Shown here: positions 10,495-20,197 of the stretch, piece after piece | How positions within the stretch are numbered: position 1 is the first letter of the stretch | Layout of the letters: each line of letters begins with the position of its first letter | Source of the DNA: Planctomycetota bacterium | Lineage (GTDB): Bacteria > Planctomycetota > PLA2 > JAEUHO01 | Direction: 5' to 3' | NCBI GenBank assembly: GCA_029259775.1 | Contig: JAJDEN010000056.1 | Span: forward strand, 8,917 to 72,916 | Length of the DNA stretch: 64,000 nt | Made by a program: the position numbers and the translations under genes | The notes under the pieces: generated by a model | Told to the model about the DNA's origin: nothing | Database searches by the model: none | What the model saw: the letters and a program-made list of their open reading frames with translations, nothing else

Positions 10495-11472
10495 TCAGAC
10501 CCGCCGGGCGTCCTCGATCAGGTTGATGTCGTACAGCACCTCGTCCAGCCAGTCGCCGGCCTGGATCGCGCCCTCCCGCTGAGGATGCCGCTCATCGATG
10601 CAGCAATCGAGCGGCGAGAGGATCGTCCACGGCGTGGGGTGGCAGAACTGCACGACCGAGTAGCGCTCGTCGGTCTCGCCGGCGGCGGCGATGACGCGAT
10701 GGATGCCCGTGGGAATCCGACCGTTCGTCAGGCGCTCGAGCATGAGACCGGTGTTGATGATCGCCATGCCCTCGGGCGGGACCGCATCGACCCACACGCC
10801 GTCGACCCTCACTTGCAGACCGCGTTGGGTCGCGCGCGGCAGCGCGGTGATGAGGTTGATGTCGCCGTGCTCCCCGGCCCAGATGTGGTCCTTGGCCGGG
10901 GCCTCCTGCATGGGCGGATAGCGGATGGCGCGCGTGAGTGTCGGCCCGTTCGCGAGCATGCCCTCGAAGAAGCCAGGATGCGCGCCGATGCCCGACGCGA
11001 TGATGCGCAGGAAGCGCTGCTGCAGATCGAACAGGCTCTCGTGGAGCCGGAGGAGTGCGTCTTCGATGCCGGGGACGGAGGCCTCGGGCAGGACGCGCGG
11101 CATGTAGCGATGCGGAAAGCGCCGTTGGAGCGGGTGCCCGACGGGCACGTCGGGACCCCAGTTCAGCATCTCCTTCCAGTCGGGCGTGGCGTTGACGGCC
11201 GCCGTCTCGACGAGCAGGCCTGTGTAGCCCGTCTGGCCCATCGAGCCTTCGACCACGAACTGGTCCTTCTCCTCGCGCGGCTTGTGGAAGAAGGTCGCGA
11301 GCAGATCGTAGGCCCGGTCGATCACCTCCGAGGGGATGTCGTGGGCGCAGTAGACGAAGCCGGTCCTCAGGCTGCGGGTGACGCCGTCGATGACCGCGCG
11401 CCGCTCGTCCGCGATCCCCTGCTCGAAGCGTAGGAGATCCACGGCCAGGATGTCACTCGAGCTGATCGTCAT
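10495..11472 (-). CDS. 2-oxoglutarate/Fe(II)-dependent oxygenase, isopenicillin N synthase family
   Basis: HxD (EHGDINL), distal His (IHRV), RxS (RYS), GLQV and DWKE motifs. Confidence 0.92.
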   Translation of the reverse strand: MTISSSDILAVDLLRFEQGIADERRAVIDGVTRSLRTGFVYCAHDIPSEVIDRAYDLLATFFHKPREEKDQFVVEGSMGQTGYTGLLVETAAVNATPDWKEMLNWGPDVPVGHPLQRRFPHRYMPRVLPEASVPGIEDALLRLHESLFDLQQRFLRIIASGIGAHPGFFEGMLANGPTLTRAIRYPPMQEAPAKDHIWAGEHGDINLITALPRATQRGLQVRVDGVWVDAVPPEGMAIINTGLMLERLTNGRIPTGIHRVIAAAGETDERYSVVQFCHPTPWTILSPLDCCIDERHPQREGAIQAGDWLDEVLYDINLIEDARRV

Positions 11473-11583
11473 GCGCGCAGGCTAGATTCCGCCCGCGCCC
11501 TACGCAACTCCCGCCCGCTCTTCTTCCTCGCTCGCCCCAATCGCGACGCGGCTTGTGGGGGCCCAGGCGGCGCGCAGCGCTGT

Positions 11584-11650
11584 GCGACGACGCGTGGGTT
11601 GCCACGCGAGGCCGCTGCCGACGCAGCGCCACCAAGCATCCGATCAGCCG
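11584..11650. repeat. Single partial copy of the palindromic repeat arrayed at 12235-12592
   Basis: gcgtgggttgccacgcgaggccgctgccgacgcagcgccaccaagcatccgatcagccg is nearly identical to part of the array unit. Confidence 0.9.
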
Positions 11651-11652
11651 AC

Positions 11653-12099
11653 CTAGCCGCCGGGGCCGTCGGCGAGGATGTACTGCTCTAGAGACGCCAT
11701 GTGGCCTTCGAGACGCTCAACGCGGTTGGTCAGGAGGTTGCGAATCGAGACCATGCCGATGGCCTTGCCGGCCTCGTCGACGATCGGCAGGTGCCGGAAG
11801 TGCTTCGTGAGCATGATCTCGAGGGCCTCAGCGCGTCGCGCGGCGGGCGTGATGCTCACGGGCTTGCGGACCATCACTTGTTCGACAGGCGTCGTGGCCG
11901 GGTCAAGGTCCTCGCCAACGACGCGCAGCATGAGGTCGCGTTCCGTGAAGATGCCGACGAGCTGATCACCATCGTTCACCGCGACGGCGCCCACACGGGC
12001 GGCTCGCATCACATCCACGGCGTGCCGCACGGTGGCGGTGGTTTCCACGGACGCGGGGGGGGAATCGGCGATCTTCATCAGCGCTTCAGGCATATGCAC
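11653..12099 (-). CDS. CBS-domain pair protein
   Basis: LVGIFTERDL, FRHLPIVD, GMVSIRNL; upstream GAGGAG RBS. Confidence 0.92.
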   Translation of the reverse strand: MHMPEALMKIADSPPASVETTATVRHAVDVMRAARVGAVAVNDGDQLVGIFTERDLMLRVVGEDLDPATTPVEQVMVRKPVSITPAARRAEALEIMLTKHFRHLPIVDEAGKAIGMVSIRNLLTNRVERLEGHMASLEQYILADGPGG

Positions 12100-12200
12100 T
12101 CCTCTTATGGCAGGCCCCTAGTGTGCCGAGATGCCTCGGGTTGGTCAACCGCGCTGGCCGAACGCAGCCTGACGCCTGCCTACGAGCCACCTGGCCTGCT

Positions 12201-12229
12201 GCCAGCCGCCAGCCGCCAGCCGCCAGCCG
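12201..12229. repeat. Heptamer tandem repeat (GCCAGCC)x4
   Basis: gccagccgccagccgccagccgccagcc read directly. Confidence 0.85.
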
Positions 12230-12234
12230 CAGAC

Positions 12235-12592
12235 GGGTGATCGGGGCAAGGCGCCAGCGAGCATCCGATCACCCGAACATCCGGTCGGGTGCTCGGGGCG
12301 ACGGTGCCGCGCAGCCATCGGCGACGACGCGTGGATTGCCACGCGAGGAGCCGATGGCAAAGCGCCACCGAGCATCCGATCAGCCGGTCGGGTGATCGGG
12401 GCGACGGTGCCGCAAGGAGGGGAGGCCGTGGCGTGGGTTGCCACGCGAGGCCGCTGCCGACGCAGCGCCACCGAGCATCCGATCAGCCGGTCGGGTGATC
12501 GGGGCGACGGTGCCGCAAGGAGGGGAGGCCGTGGCGTGGGTTGCCACGCGAGGCCGCTGCCGACGCAGCGCCACCGAGCATCCGATCAGCCG
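12235..12592. repeat. Intergenic 103-bp tandem palindromic (REP/BIME-like) array: two identical units plus a degenerate unit
   Basis: ccgagcatccgatcagccg recurs at 12368, 12471 and 12574 (period 103), with a variant near 12257. Internal hairpins CCGATCA..TGATCGG, GCGTGG-gttg-CCACGC and GCTGC-cgac-GCAGC. Confidence 0.92.
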
Positions 12593-12596
12593 AAGT

Positions 12597-14429
12597 CTAG
12601 GCGCCGTCGCGGAGGCTGCGAGCAGCCTCACGTTGCTCGAGGCGCACCTTGATGTGATCGAGATCGTCACGCGGCACCGCTTCGATGAGGCGTCGGGTGT
12701 AGGCCTGGCTCGGATTGGCGTAGATCGCGTCCGCCGGACCCGCCTCGACGATCTTCCCGTCCTTCATGACCGCCATCGTGTCGGACTGGAACTTCACCAC
12801 CGACAGATCGTGGCTGATGAAGATGTAGGTCAGGCCGTGCTTCTCCTGCAGGTCCTTCAGCAGGTTGAGGACCTGCGCCTGGACCGACACGTCGAGCGCA
12901 GAGACGGACTCGTCACACACGATGAACTGCGGGTCGAGGGCGAGCGCGCGCGCGATCGAGATGCGCTGGCGCTGACCGCCGGAGAACTCGTGCGGATAGC
13001 GGTTCATGTGTCCCGCTTCGAGGCCTACCTCGACGAGCAGCTGCGCCACCCGGTCGGTACGCTCGCGCTTCGTCTTGAAGAGGCGGTGCACCTCCATGGG
13101 CTCCGAGATCATGTCGCCGACCGTCATGCGCGGATTCAGCGACGAGTACGGATCCTGGAAGATGATCTGCATGCGGCGGCGGAGCGCGCGGAACTCCTTC
13201 GCAGGGATCTCGCTGAGGTCGCGCCCCTCGAACTTCACCTTGCCCTCGACCTTCACGCCGCCCTTGTTCTCGATGAGGCGCAACAAGGCACGGCCGCAGG
13301 TGGTCTTCCCGCAGCCCGACTCGCCGACGAGCCCCAGCGTCTGCCCGGGCCACACCTTGAACGAGACGCCGTCGACGGCCCGCACGTAGTCGTGGATGCG
13401 ACCGAAGACGCCCTTGCGGATCGGGAAGTGGACGACGAGGTTTTCGACCTCGAGCAGCGGCTCGCCGGGCGGATCGATCAGCTTGTCGCGGCCGACGGAC
13501 TCGAGCGCCTTGAGCGCACCCTCGTCGACGGGCTTCTCTTCGATCACGAGCTTGTGGTTCTCGTCGATGTGCCAGTCCATGAAGGTGGAGGTCGTGGGCA
13601 GGCGGCGGTACTTCGTGTCGAGGCTCGGCCGGCACGCGAGAAGGCTGCGCGTGTAGGGGTGCTTCGGGTTGGAGAAGATGTCGAGGACGTCGCCGTACTC
13701 GACCAGGTTGCCTTGGAACATGACGGCGACGTGGTCGGAGATCTCCGCGATCACGCCCAGGTCGTGCGTGATGAACATGATCGACATGCCGCGCTCGTCG
13801 CGGAGGCGCCGCATGAGGTCCAGGATCTGCGCCTGGATCGTCACGTCGAGCGCGGTCGTCGGCTCGTCGGCGATGAGGAGCTTCGGGTTGCAGGAGAGCG
13901 CCATGGCGATCATGACGCGCTGCTTCTGACCGCCCGACATCTCGTGCGGGTAGCTGTCGATGCGGCGCTCCGGGTCCGGGATGTCGACTTCGCGGAAGAG
14001 CTGCATGGCGCGCTCACGCGCCTCGTCACGGTTCAGGCCCTCGTGGACCATGATCGGCTCCATGACCTGGTCGCCGACGGTGAACACGGGGTTCAGCGAG
14101 GTCATCGGCTCCTGGAAGATCATGCCGATGTCCTTGCCGCGGATGCTGCGCATCTCGTGCTGCGGCACGTGGACGAGGTCACGCCCGAGGAAGGAGATCT
14201 GGCCGGCCTCGATGACCGCCGTCTCGGGCGGCAACAGCCGCATCAGGGAGAGCGCGGTGACGGACTTGCCGGAGCCGGACTCCCCCACCACGCCGAGGGT
14301 CTCGCCGCGCCCGATCCTGAGGTCGGTCCCGGGCGGCAGGTCCACCGCCCTGACGATCTTGTCCTCCGTATGGAAGTACGTCTTGAGGTCCTTGATGTGG
14401 ACGAGCGGTTCTTCGGTGATGTCGGTCAT
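12597..14429 (-). CDS. Peptide/nickel ABC transporter ATP-binding protein with two fused ATPase domains (DppD/DppF-like)
   Basis: Two Walker A motifs ([16 protein letters not shown]), [12 protein letters not shown] / [24 protein letters not shown]. Confidence 0.95.
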   Translation of the reverse strand: MTDITEEPLVHIKDLKTYFHTEDKIVRAVDLPPGTDLRIGRGETLGVVGESGSGKSVTALSLMRLLPPETAVIEAGQISFLGRDLVHVPQHEMRSIRGKDIGMIFQEPMTSLNPVFTVGDQVMEPIMVHEGLNRDEARERAMQLFREVDIPDPERRIDSYPHEMSGGQKQRVMIAMALSCNPKLLIADEPTTALDVTIQAQILDLMRRLRDERGMSIMFITHDLGVIAEISDHVAVMFQGNLVEYGDVLDIFSNPKHPYTRSLLACRPSLDTKYRRLPTTSTFMDWHIDENHKLVIEEKPVDEGALKALESVGRDKLIDPPGEPLLEVENLVVHFPIRKGVFGRIHDYVRAVDGVSFKVWPGQTLGLVGESGCGKTTCGRALLRLIENKGGVKVEGKVKFEGRDLSEIPAKEFRALRRRMQIIFQDPYSSLNPRMTVGDMISEPMEVHRLFKTKRERTDRVAQLLVEVGLEAGHMNRYPHEFSGGQRQRISIARALALDPQFIVCDESVSALDVSVQAQVLNLLKDLQEKHGLTYIFISHDLSVVKFQSDTMAVMKDGKIVEAGPADAIYANPSQAYTRRLIEAVPRDDLDHIKVRLEQREAARSLRDGA

Positions 14430-14489
14430 AGGCGGAGGATTCTGGGTGTGCGATGGCGCCCTGTCAACGCCGGCGATCCCGGACGGCGC

Positions 14490-14948
14490 TCAGACGCCCG
14501 TATGCCCGAAGCCGCCCGCGCCGCGCTCCGTCGCGTCCAGATCGGCCCCCGGAGCCCAGGCGGCTCGCGTGACGGGCGCAAAGACGATCTGCGCGATGCG
14601 CATCCCGCGCTCGATCCGCACGGTTTCCTGGCCGAGATTGGCGAGGATCACCTTCACCTCGCCCCGGTAGTCGCTGTCGATCGTGCCAGGGGTGTTGAGG
14701 CATGTGACGCCGCTCTTGAGCGCCCAGCCGCTGCGCGGGCGGATCTGGGCCTCGTAGCCGTCCGGAATCGCCATCCGGAGGCCCGTGGCGACGGCGTCGC
14801 GGTCGCCGGGCGCCAGTTCGATGCCCTCGTCGATCGCCGCCATCAGATCCATGCCCGCCGAGCCGCCCGTCTCGTAGGCCGGCAGCCCCAGACCGCGGCC
14901 GTGCTCGAGGATCTCGACGGGGACCGGGACGTGGGCGGGCAGCTTCAT
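14490..14948 (-). CDS. dut: dUTP diphosphatase
   Basis: [36 protein letters not shown]. Confidence 0.97.
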   Translation of the reverse strand: MKLPAHVPVPVEILEHGRGLGLPAYETGGSAGMDLMAAIDEGIELAPGDRDAVATGLRMAIPDGYEAQIRPRSGWALKSGVTCLNTPGTIDSDYRGEVKVILANLGQETVRIERGMRIAQIVFAPVTRAAWAPGADLDATERGAGGFGHTGV

Positions 14949-14990
14949 GCGCCGCAAGCTACCGCCGCGCTCCCCCACGCCCGGCGGCCG

Positions 14991-15545
14991 TCAGCTCTCC
15001 AGACGCCGACACATCCTCAGCTTCATCGCGCCTGTGTCGCCGTGGGGTATCTCCGCCACGCGCGGGTCCGGCTCGAATCCGGCCTTGCGGTAGAAGCGCT
15101 GGCCGCGCGCGTTGCCCGTGAGCACCCACATGGTCATCGACGCCGCGCCGCGAGCCACCGCGTCCCCGAGCGCGTGCTGCATGAGCGCGCGTCCGAAGCC
15201 GTGGCCGATGAGGTCGGGGTCGATGTAGATCGCGTAGAGCTCCCGCACCGCAGCGGGGTCGAGATCGTCATCCCGCGACGCGCCCGAGCAGGCCCAGCCG
15301 GCGACGCGGCCCTCGTGCTCGATGACCCAGTTCGCCGTGTCCGGCCACGGCGGCTCGAGGAGCGCCTGGCGCCGGGCTGCCGTGCGTTCCTCGAGGTCGA
15401 GCGCATCGAGATGCTCCTGCGGGATGATCCCGACGTAGGCCGTCCGCCAACCGCCGATGTGACAGCGCGTGATCTCCGCGGCGTCGTCGGGTATGGCCTC
15501 ACGGATGCGCGGATCGCTCATCGTCGGCTCCTCGTGTCGACTCAT
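14991..15545 (-). CDS. GNAT family N-acetyltransferase
   Basis: ELYAIYIDP..IGHGFGRALM, WVLTGNARGQRFYRKAGF. Confidence 0.9.
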   Translation of the reverse strand: MSRHEEPTMSDPRIREAIPDDAAEITRCHIGGWRTAYVGIIPQEHLDALDLEERTAARRQALLEPPWPDTANWVIEHEGRVAGWACSGASRDDDLDPAAVRELYAIYIDPDLIGHGFGRALMQHALGDAVARGAASMTMWVLTGNARGQRFYRKAGFEPDPRVAEIPHGDTGAMKLRMCRRLES

Positions 15546-16693
15546 CAGGGGTGCATGGTGCCAAGAACCGCGGGCTGCGTCGCGCCCGTCGCCGCGGGCA
15601 CGTTGCCGGGCAGGCCGTGCAGGGTGCGGTCGGCCAGCAGCGCGAACGCGACCGCCTCCTTGGCGTCAGCCCACGTGTCGTCCAACGCCTCCGCCTCGAC
15701 ACCGCAGACAGCGAGCCTCTCGGTGATGGCCGCCATCAGGGTCGGGTTGCGGCACCCGCCGCCGCTGAAGCGCACGCGCCCGAGGCCGGGGTAGCGCGTC
15801 AGCACGAAGCGTTCGTACGCCTCGGCCAGCGTGTTCGCCGTGAAGGCCACGGCGGTGCGAACGAGATCGTACGGATCCACGTCCGCATGGGCGGACAGGA
15901 CCTCCGCGATGAGATCGGGGCCGAAGGTGCCGTAGCCTGCGCTCTTGGGCGGCGGCTGGGCCAGCCACGCGGCGCGCTTCATGTAGAGCGTCAGCAGAAC
16001 GTCGTCGTCGATGCGCCCACGCGCGGAGAGCGTTCCGTCCTGGTCGAGTACGGGCGCGCCCGGGCAGCGGCCCGCGAAGGCGTCGATGAGCATGTTCGCG
16101 GGCCCCGTGTCGAAGGCCATCACGTCCGCCAGGTCGGGCGTGAGGACGGTCACGTTCGCGATGCTGCCGAGGTTGTGGCAGGCCGTGACCTCGTCGCCGC
16201 CGTAGAGGATCCAGTCGGCGAGCGGGACCAGTGGCGCCCCCTCGCCGCCCGCGGCGATGTCGGCTTGGCGGAAGTCGCTCACGGTCGGGATGCCCGTCGC
16301 CGCCGCGAGGCGCGCCCCGTCCCCCACCTGCAGCGAGAGCGCGGGCCGCCCAGCCTCGCGCGGCGCGTGGAAGAGCGTCTGGCCGTGCAAGCCGATCACG
16401 CTCACGGCCGCCGGGGCCACGTCGTGCTGGACCAGGAAGGCCAGGACGCGCTCGGCCCACAGGTCTGCCAGTTCCACGTCCAGCGCATCGGAGGCGGCCG
16501 AAGCAGGGCCGCGCGCGGCCTGCAGGCGCTGCCGGAAGGCGGGCTCGTAGGACGTGCCCTCGAAAGCCCGCAGCCCGACGGCAGGCCTCGCGCCGTTCCC
16601 GGAGATCTCGACCAGCGCGATGTCGAGGCCATCCATGCTCATGCCGCTCATGAGGCCCAAGGCCAGGCGGGCGGCGGGTGCGCGGGCGTCCAT
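15545..16693 (-). CDS. anmK: Anhydro-N-acetylmuramic acid kinase
   Basis: GLMSGMSMDGLD, HGQT, DFRQADIAAGGEGAPLVP, AFDTGPAN, SGGG..N, EAVAFALLA. Confidence 0.95.
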   Translation of the reverse strand: MDARAPAARLALGLMSGMSMDGLDIALVEISGNGARPAVGLRAFEGTSYEPAFRQRLQAARGPASAASDALDVELADLWAERVLAFLVQHDVAPAAVSVIGLHGQTLFHAPREAGRPALSLQVGDGARLAAATGIPTVSDFRQADIAAGGEGAPLVPLADWILYGGDEVTACHNLGSIANVTVLTPDLADVMAFDTGPANMLIDAFAGRCPGAPVLDQDGTLSARGRIDDDVLLTLYMKRAAWLAQPPPKSAGYGTFGPDLIAEVLSAHADVDPYDLVRTAVAFTANTLAEAYERFVLTRYPGLGRVRFSGGGCRNPTLMAAITERLAVCGVEAEALDDTWADAKEAVAFALLADRTLHGLPGNVPAATGATQPAVLGTMHP

Positions 16694-16792
16694 ACCGCGA
16701 GCCTAACGGGACGCCACCGAGCCTTTGCGCAAGACTTGCGAACGCGGCCCGGCCGACTGCGTCTGATGGGGCGACCCCCACGGAGATCCCCC

Positions 16793-17926
16793 ATGCTCAT
16801 GCGTCCTGTCCTGCTCGCCTTCCTCTTCCTCGGCCTCGCCGGAGGCCTCCTGGCGGGCCCTGCCCAGGCCCACGACCCCGTCAAGCCGCCGGCCCTGCCG
16901 AAGAGCGTCGATCTCGTGATCTGCCTCGATACGAGCGGCTCGATGACGGGCCTCATCAACGCCGCCCGGCAGAAGCTCTGGAGCATCGTCAACGAGCTGG
17001 CCACCCTCAAGCCCGAGCCGAAGCTGCGTGTGGGCCTGCTCACGTTCGGCTCGCCTGGTGCGGGCGTGAAGCCCGGTGACGTGGTGATCCAGACGGAGCT
17101 CACGACCGACCTCGACCTCGTGAGCGAGAAGCTGTTCGCGCTGGGCACGAACGGCGGCACCGAGCTCGTCGGCCGGGTGCTGCACTACGCGCTGACGGAT
17201 CTCAGCTGGTCCAAGGACGCGGGCCTCAAGACGATCTTCGTCGCGGGCAATGAGTCGGCCGATCAGGACAAAGAGAAGAGCTACACCGACATGGCCAAGC
17301 AGGCCGGCGCCCGAGGCATCTACGTGAACGCGATCTACTGCGGCGGCGCGGACGACGGCGACGCCGCCAGCTGGCGCACCCTGGCCGCGGGCCACGGCAC
17401 GTTCAGCAACATCGACCACAACCGCGGCACCGTGAGTGTGAAGACGCCGTTCGACAAGGAACTCGCAGCCCTCTCGGTGAAGATCAACACGACGTACGTC
17501 TGGTACGGCCGCGACCGCTTGGTGCGCGCGTCACGCCAGAAGAAGCAGGACGGCAACGCCGCCGCCGCCGGCGCCCCCGCCGCGGCCCAGCGCGCGGAAG
17601 CCAAGGCCGGCTCCGGCTACGCAGCACCTGGCGACCTCGTGCGCCGCCTCGCCGAGAAGGACTTCGATGCCGGCAAGGTCGCCGACGCCGAGCTGCCCGA
17701 GAACATGCGCAAGATGACGGGCGACGAGCGCCAGGCCTACCTGGCCGAGAAGGCCAAGCAGCGAGCGGCGCTCCAAGCCAAGATCCAGGACCTCAGCAAG
17801 AAGCGCTCGGCCTTCGTCAAGAAGACGATGGACGAGCAGCAGCTGGACGACTCCAAGTCGCTCGACAAGGTCCTGCGCGACGCCGTCAAGGAGCAGGCGA
17901 AGGCCGAGGGCTTCAAGACGAAGTAG
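16793..17926 (+). CDS. Exported von Willebrand factor A domain protein
   Basis: Signal peptide, MIDAS-type LDTSGSM, TNGGTE, IFVAGNE. Start at ATG 16793 after GGAG. Confidence 0.88.
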   Translation: MLMRPVLLAFLFLGLAGGLLAGPAQAHDPVKPPALPKSVDLVICLDTSGSMTGLINAARQKLWSIVNELATLKPEPKLRVGLLTFGSPGAGVKPGDVVIQTELTTDLDLVSEKLFALGTNGGTELVGRVLHYALTDLSWSKDAGLKTIFVAGNESADQDKEKSYTDMAKQAGARGIYVNAIYCGGADDGDAASWRTLAAGHGTFSNIDHNRGTVSVKTPFDKELAALSVKINTTYVWYGRDRLVRASRQKKQDGNAAAAGAPAAAQRAEAKAGSGYAAPGDLVRRLAEKDFDAGKVADAELPENMRKMTGDERQAYLAEKAKQRAALQAKIQDLSKKRSAFVKKTMDEQQLDDSKSLDKVLRDAVKEQAKAEGFKTK

Positions 17927-17956
17927 GTGCGACCCATCCAGCTTGGGCCACGTCCG

Positions 17957-17990
17957 GACGCCCCCGCGCTCCCGCGCGGGGGCGTCTTTC
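17957..17990 (+). terminator. Rho-independent terminator-like hairpin
   Basis: GACGCCCCCGCG-ctcc-CGCGCGGGGGCGTC followed by TTT, just after the vWA stop. Confidence 0.7.
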
Positions 17991-18040
17991 GTCGGGCGAA
18001 GCTGGTCGATCGGCACAGGTCCGCGTAGACCGTGCGCACG

Positions 18041-18973
18041 ATGGAAACGGTCATCTTCCTGGTCGTGGGCTTCGTCCTCCTCTGGAAGGGCGGCGATCTG
18101 CTCGTAGACGGCGCGGACGCGCTTGCCCGGAGCCACGGCGTGCCCCCCACGATCGCGGGCGTGTTCATCCTCGGCTTCGGCACGTCCATGCCGGAGCTGG
18201 CGGTCACCGTGCTCGCGGCCCTCGAAGGCGAGGCAGCCATTGCCGTCGGCAACGTCGTCGGCAGCAACATCGCCAACGTCGGGCTCGTGCTGGGTACGGC
18301 GTGCTTCCTCGGCGTGGTGCACGTCAACCGCTTCCTGCTCAAGGTCGAGATCCCCGTCGGGATCGTCGCGTCGATCCTGGCCCTGGGGATCTTCCTCGAC
18401 GGCCGCGTCGACATGACGGACGGGCTGATCCTGCTCGCGGCCTTCGGCATCTACGCCGGCTTCGCGATGGGCACGATCCGGCACCGCGACGTCGACAGGG
18501 GCGAGCGCCCGCCCAAGCGTCCGTGGTTCGACGTGGGCAAGGCTGTCGTCGCGCTTGCCGCCGTCGTGGGCGGCGCCGAGCTCTTCAAGACGGGCGCGAT
18601 CCAGACGGCCAACTCGTTCGGCGTGCCCAAGGTCGTCATCGGCAGCACGCTCGTAGCGCTCGCCACGAGCCTGCCGGAGCTGGCGACGGCGATCGCTGCC
18701 GTGCGCGCTCGCAAGGCCGACCTCGTGCTGGGCAATGTGATCGGGTCGAACATCTTCAACCTGCTGCTCGTGCTCGGCACGGCCGGTGTGATGGTCGATC
18801 AGGCCGTCGACGACCAGGTCCCGATGGTGCTGGGGCCGCTGATGGTCGTGTTGGCGATCCTGCCGTTCATCTTCGCGTTCGTCTTCAAGCGCGCCCTGGG
18901 CAGGCCCGTGGGCTTCATGCTGCTCGCCTGCTACGTGGGCTTCCTCGCCTACTCGGTGGTCGTCGCGACGTAG
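18041..18973 (+). CDS. Calcium/sodium antiporter (YrbG/CaCA family)
   Basis: Duplicated alpha repeats GTSMPEL...GNVVGSNIAN and ATSLPEL...GNVIGSNIFN. Confidence 0.93.
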   Translation: METVIFLVVGFVLLWKGGDLLVDGADALARSHGVPPTIAGVFILGFGTSMPELAVTVLAALEGEAAIAVGNVVGSNIANVGLVLGTACFLGVVHVNRFLLKVEIPVGIVASILALGIFLDGRVDMTDGLILLAAFGIYAGFAMGTIRHRDVDRGERPPKRPWFDVGKAVVALAAVVGGAELFKTGAIQTANSFGVPKVVIGSTLVALATSLPELATAIAAVRARKADLVLGNVIGSNIFNLLLVLGTAGVMVDQAVDDQVPMVLGPLMVVLAILPFIFAFVFKRALGRPVGFMLLACYVGFLAYSVVVAT

Positions 18974-19238
18974 CGCCGGTCGCGCTGCTTGGCGTGCGAG
19001 GAAGAAGAATCAACCGCAGAGACGCAGAGGGCGCCTCCCCCGTTGCCTTTGACGTTGCCGTTCACTTTGACTCTGGCCTTCGACGGTCGTCGTCGCAGGG
19101 AAGCAACTGGTAGCGGGACGCCATGGCCCACGGTCGAACATCAGGCTGGTGTGGGCGGCCACCCGCTCCAGCTGCGCTGTCGCTAGGGCCGCCCCTACGC
19201 GGGTGCTGACGACGGCCGAGCGGGGCGAGCGTCCGTCA

Positions 19239-19658
19239 CTAGTCCCCCGTCACGTGCACGATCAGGCGCCGGCGGTGCGGCTTCGCGCGGTGTTCGGCGA
19301 GGAAGATCCCCTGCCAGCCACCCAGGCCCAACTCCCCGTTCACGACCGGCACGGTCTCCGAGGTCTTCGTCACCGCGGAGCGGAGATGGCTCGGCATGTC
19401 GTCCGGCCCCTCGGCCGTGTGCGTGTAGTGCGGATCGCCCTCCGGCGCCAGACGCTCCAGCCAGGTCTCCAGATCGCGACGGGCCGACGGATCGGCATTC
19501 TCCTGGATCACGAGGCTGCAGGAGGTGTGGCGGCAGTAGATGACGCAGAGCCCGGTGTCGACGCGGGAGGCCCGCACCTCGCGCCGGATGTGGTCGCTGA
19601 TCTCGATCAGGCCGCGGCCAGGCGTGTCGATCACGAGTTGTTCCTGGTGCATCTTCAT
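19239..19658 (-). CDS. yjbQ: YjbQ / UPF0047 family protein
   Basis: HTSCSLVIQENADP, HTAEGPDDMPSHLRS, LGGWQGIFLAEHR. Confidence 0.92.
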   Translation of the reverse strand: MKMHQEQLVIDTPGRGLIEISDHIRREVRASRVDTGLCVIYCRHTSCSLVIQENADPSARRDLETWLERLAPEGDPHYTHTAEGPDDMPSHLRSAVTKTSETVPVVNGELGLGGWQGIFLAEHRAKPHRRRLIVHVTGD

Positions 19659-19726
19659 CAGGGCCTCCTCCTCCGGCAGAATGCGGACGCTCGGGCCGGC
19701 CTCATTGCCCGCGCAGGAGGATACCC

Positions 19727-20197
19727 ATGGCCCAGATCCAAGAAGGCTCGGAGGCACCCGCCTTCGAGCTGCTCGATCAGGACGGCACCACCGTCTCGTC
19801 CGAGAGCCTCGCGGGCTCGCCCTACCTGCTCTGGTTCTATCCCAAGGCCAGCACGCCCGGGTGAACGACAGAAGGTTGCGGGTTCCGCGACCAGATCGAT
19901 GCCTTCACCGCCGCTGGCGTGACGATCCTCGGCGTCTCACCCGACGCGCCGGCGAAGAACGCCAAGTTCCAGGCCAAGCAGGCCTTCCCCTACCGCCTGC
20001 TGAGCGACACCGAGCAGCAGCTCGCGGGTGCCTACGGCATCTGGGGCGAGAAGAGCTTCATGGGCAAGACCTACATGGGGCTCGAGCGCAGCACGTGGCT
20101 CGTGGATGGCGCGGGCGTCGTGCAGGAAGTCTGGCGCAACGTGAAGGTCAAAGGGCACGTCGACGCCGTCCTTCTGGCCGCCCAGGACCTCGCATGA
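19727..20197 (+). CDS. bcp: Peroxiredoxin BCP/PrxQ with selenocysteine as peroxidatic residue (TGA 19862-19864; 156 aa, U46)
   Basis: AGGAGG RBS then MAQIQEGSEAPAFELLDQDG...WFYPKASTPG-TGA-TTEGCGFRD..ILGVSPD..FPYRLLSD..ERSTWLVD. The TGA occupies the C of FYPKxxTPGCTxE. The true stop overlaps the next ATG (ATGA). Confidence 0.93.
19874..19892 (+). promoter_or_regulatory. Putative bacterial SECIS hairpin of bcp
   Basis: GGTTGCGG-GTT-CCGCGACC, an 8-bp stem starting 9 nt after the TGA. Resembles the upper stem-loop of the E. coli fdhF SECIS (GGUUGCAGGUCUGCACC). Confidence 0.75.

Noticed and set aside
12235-12592. Possible CRISPR array
   Set aside because: Whole 103-bp units are identical with no unique spacers, and there are no cas genes in the window.
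12438-15794. 1118-aa plus-strand ORF and similar long antisense ORFs (e.g. 37000-40311, 30351-33188)
   Set aside because: Antisense or off-frame shadows of well-supported genes, expected in high-GC DNA; no recognisable motifs.
19727-20197. bcp and the thioredoxin-like gene as pseudogenes
   Set aside because: The only lesion is a TGA at the catalytic Cys column followed by a SECIS-like hairpin; RBS and the remaining sequence are intact.
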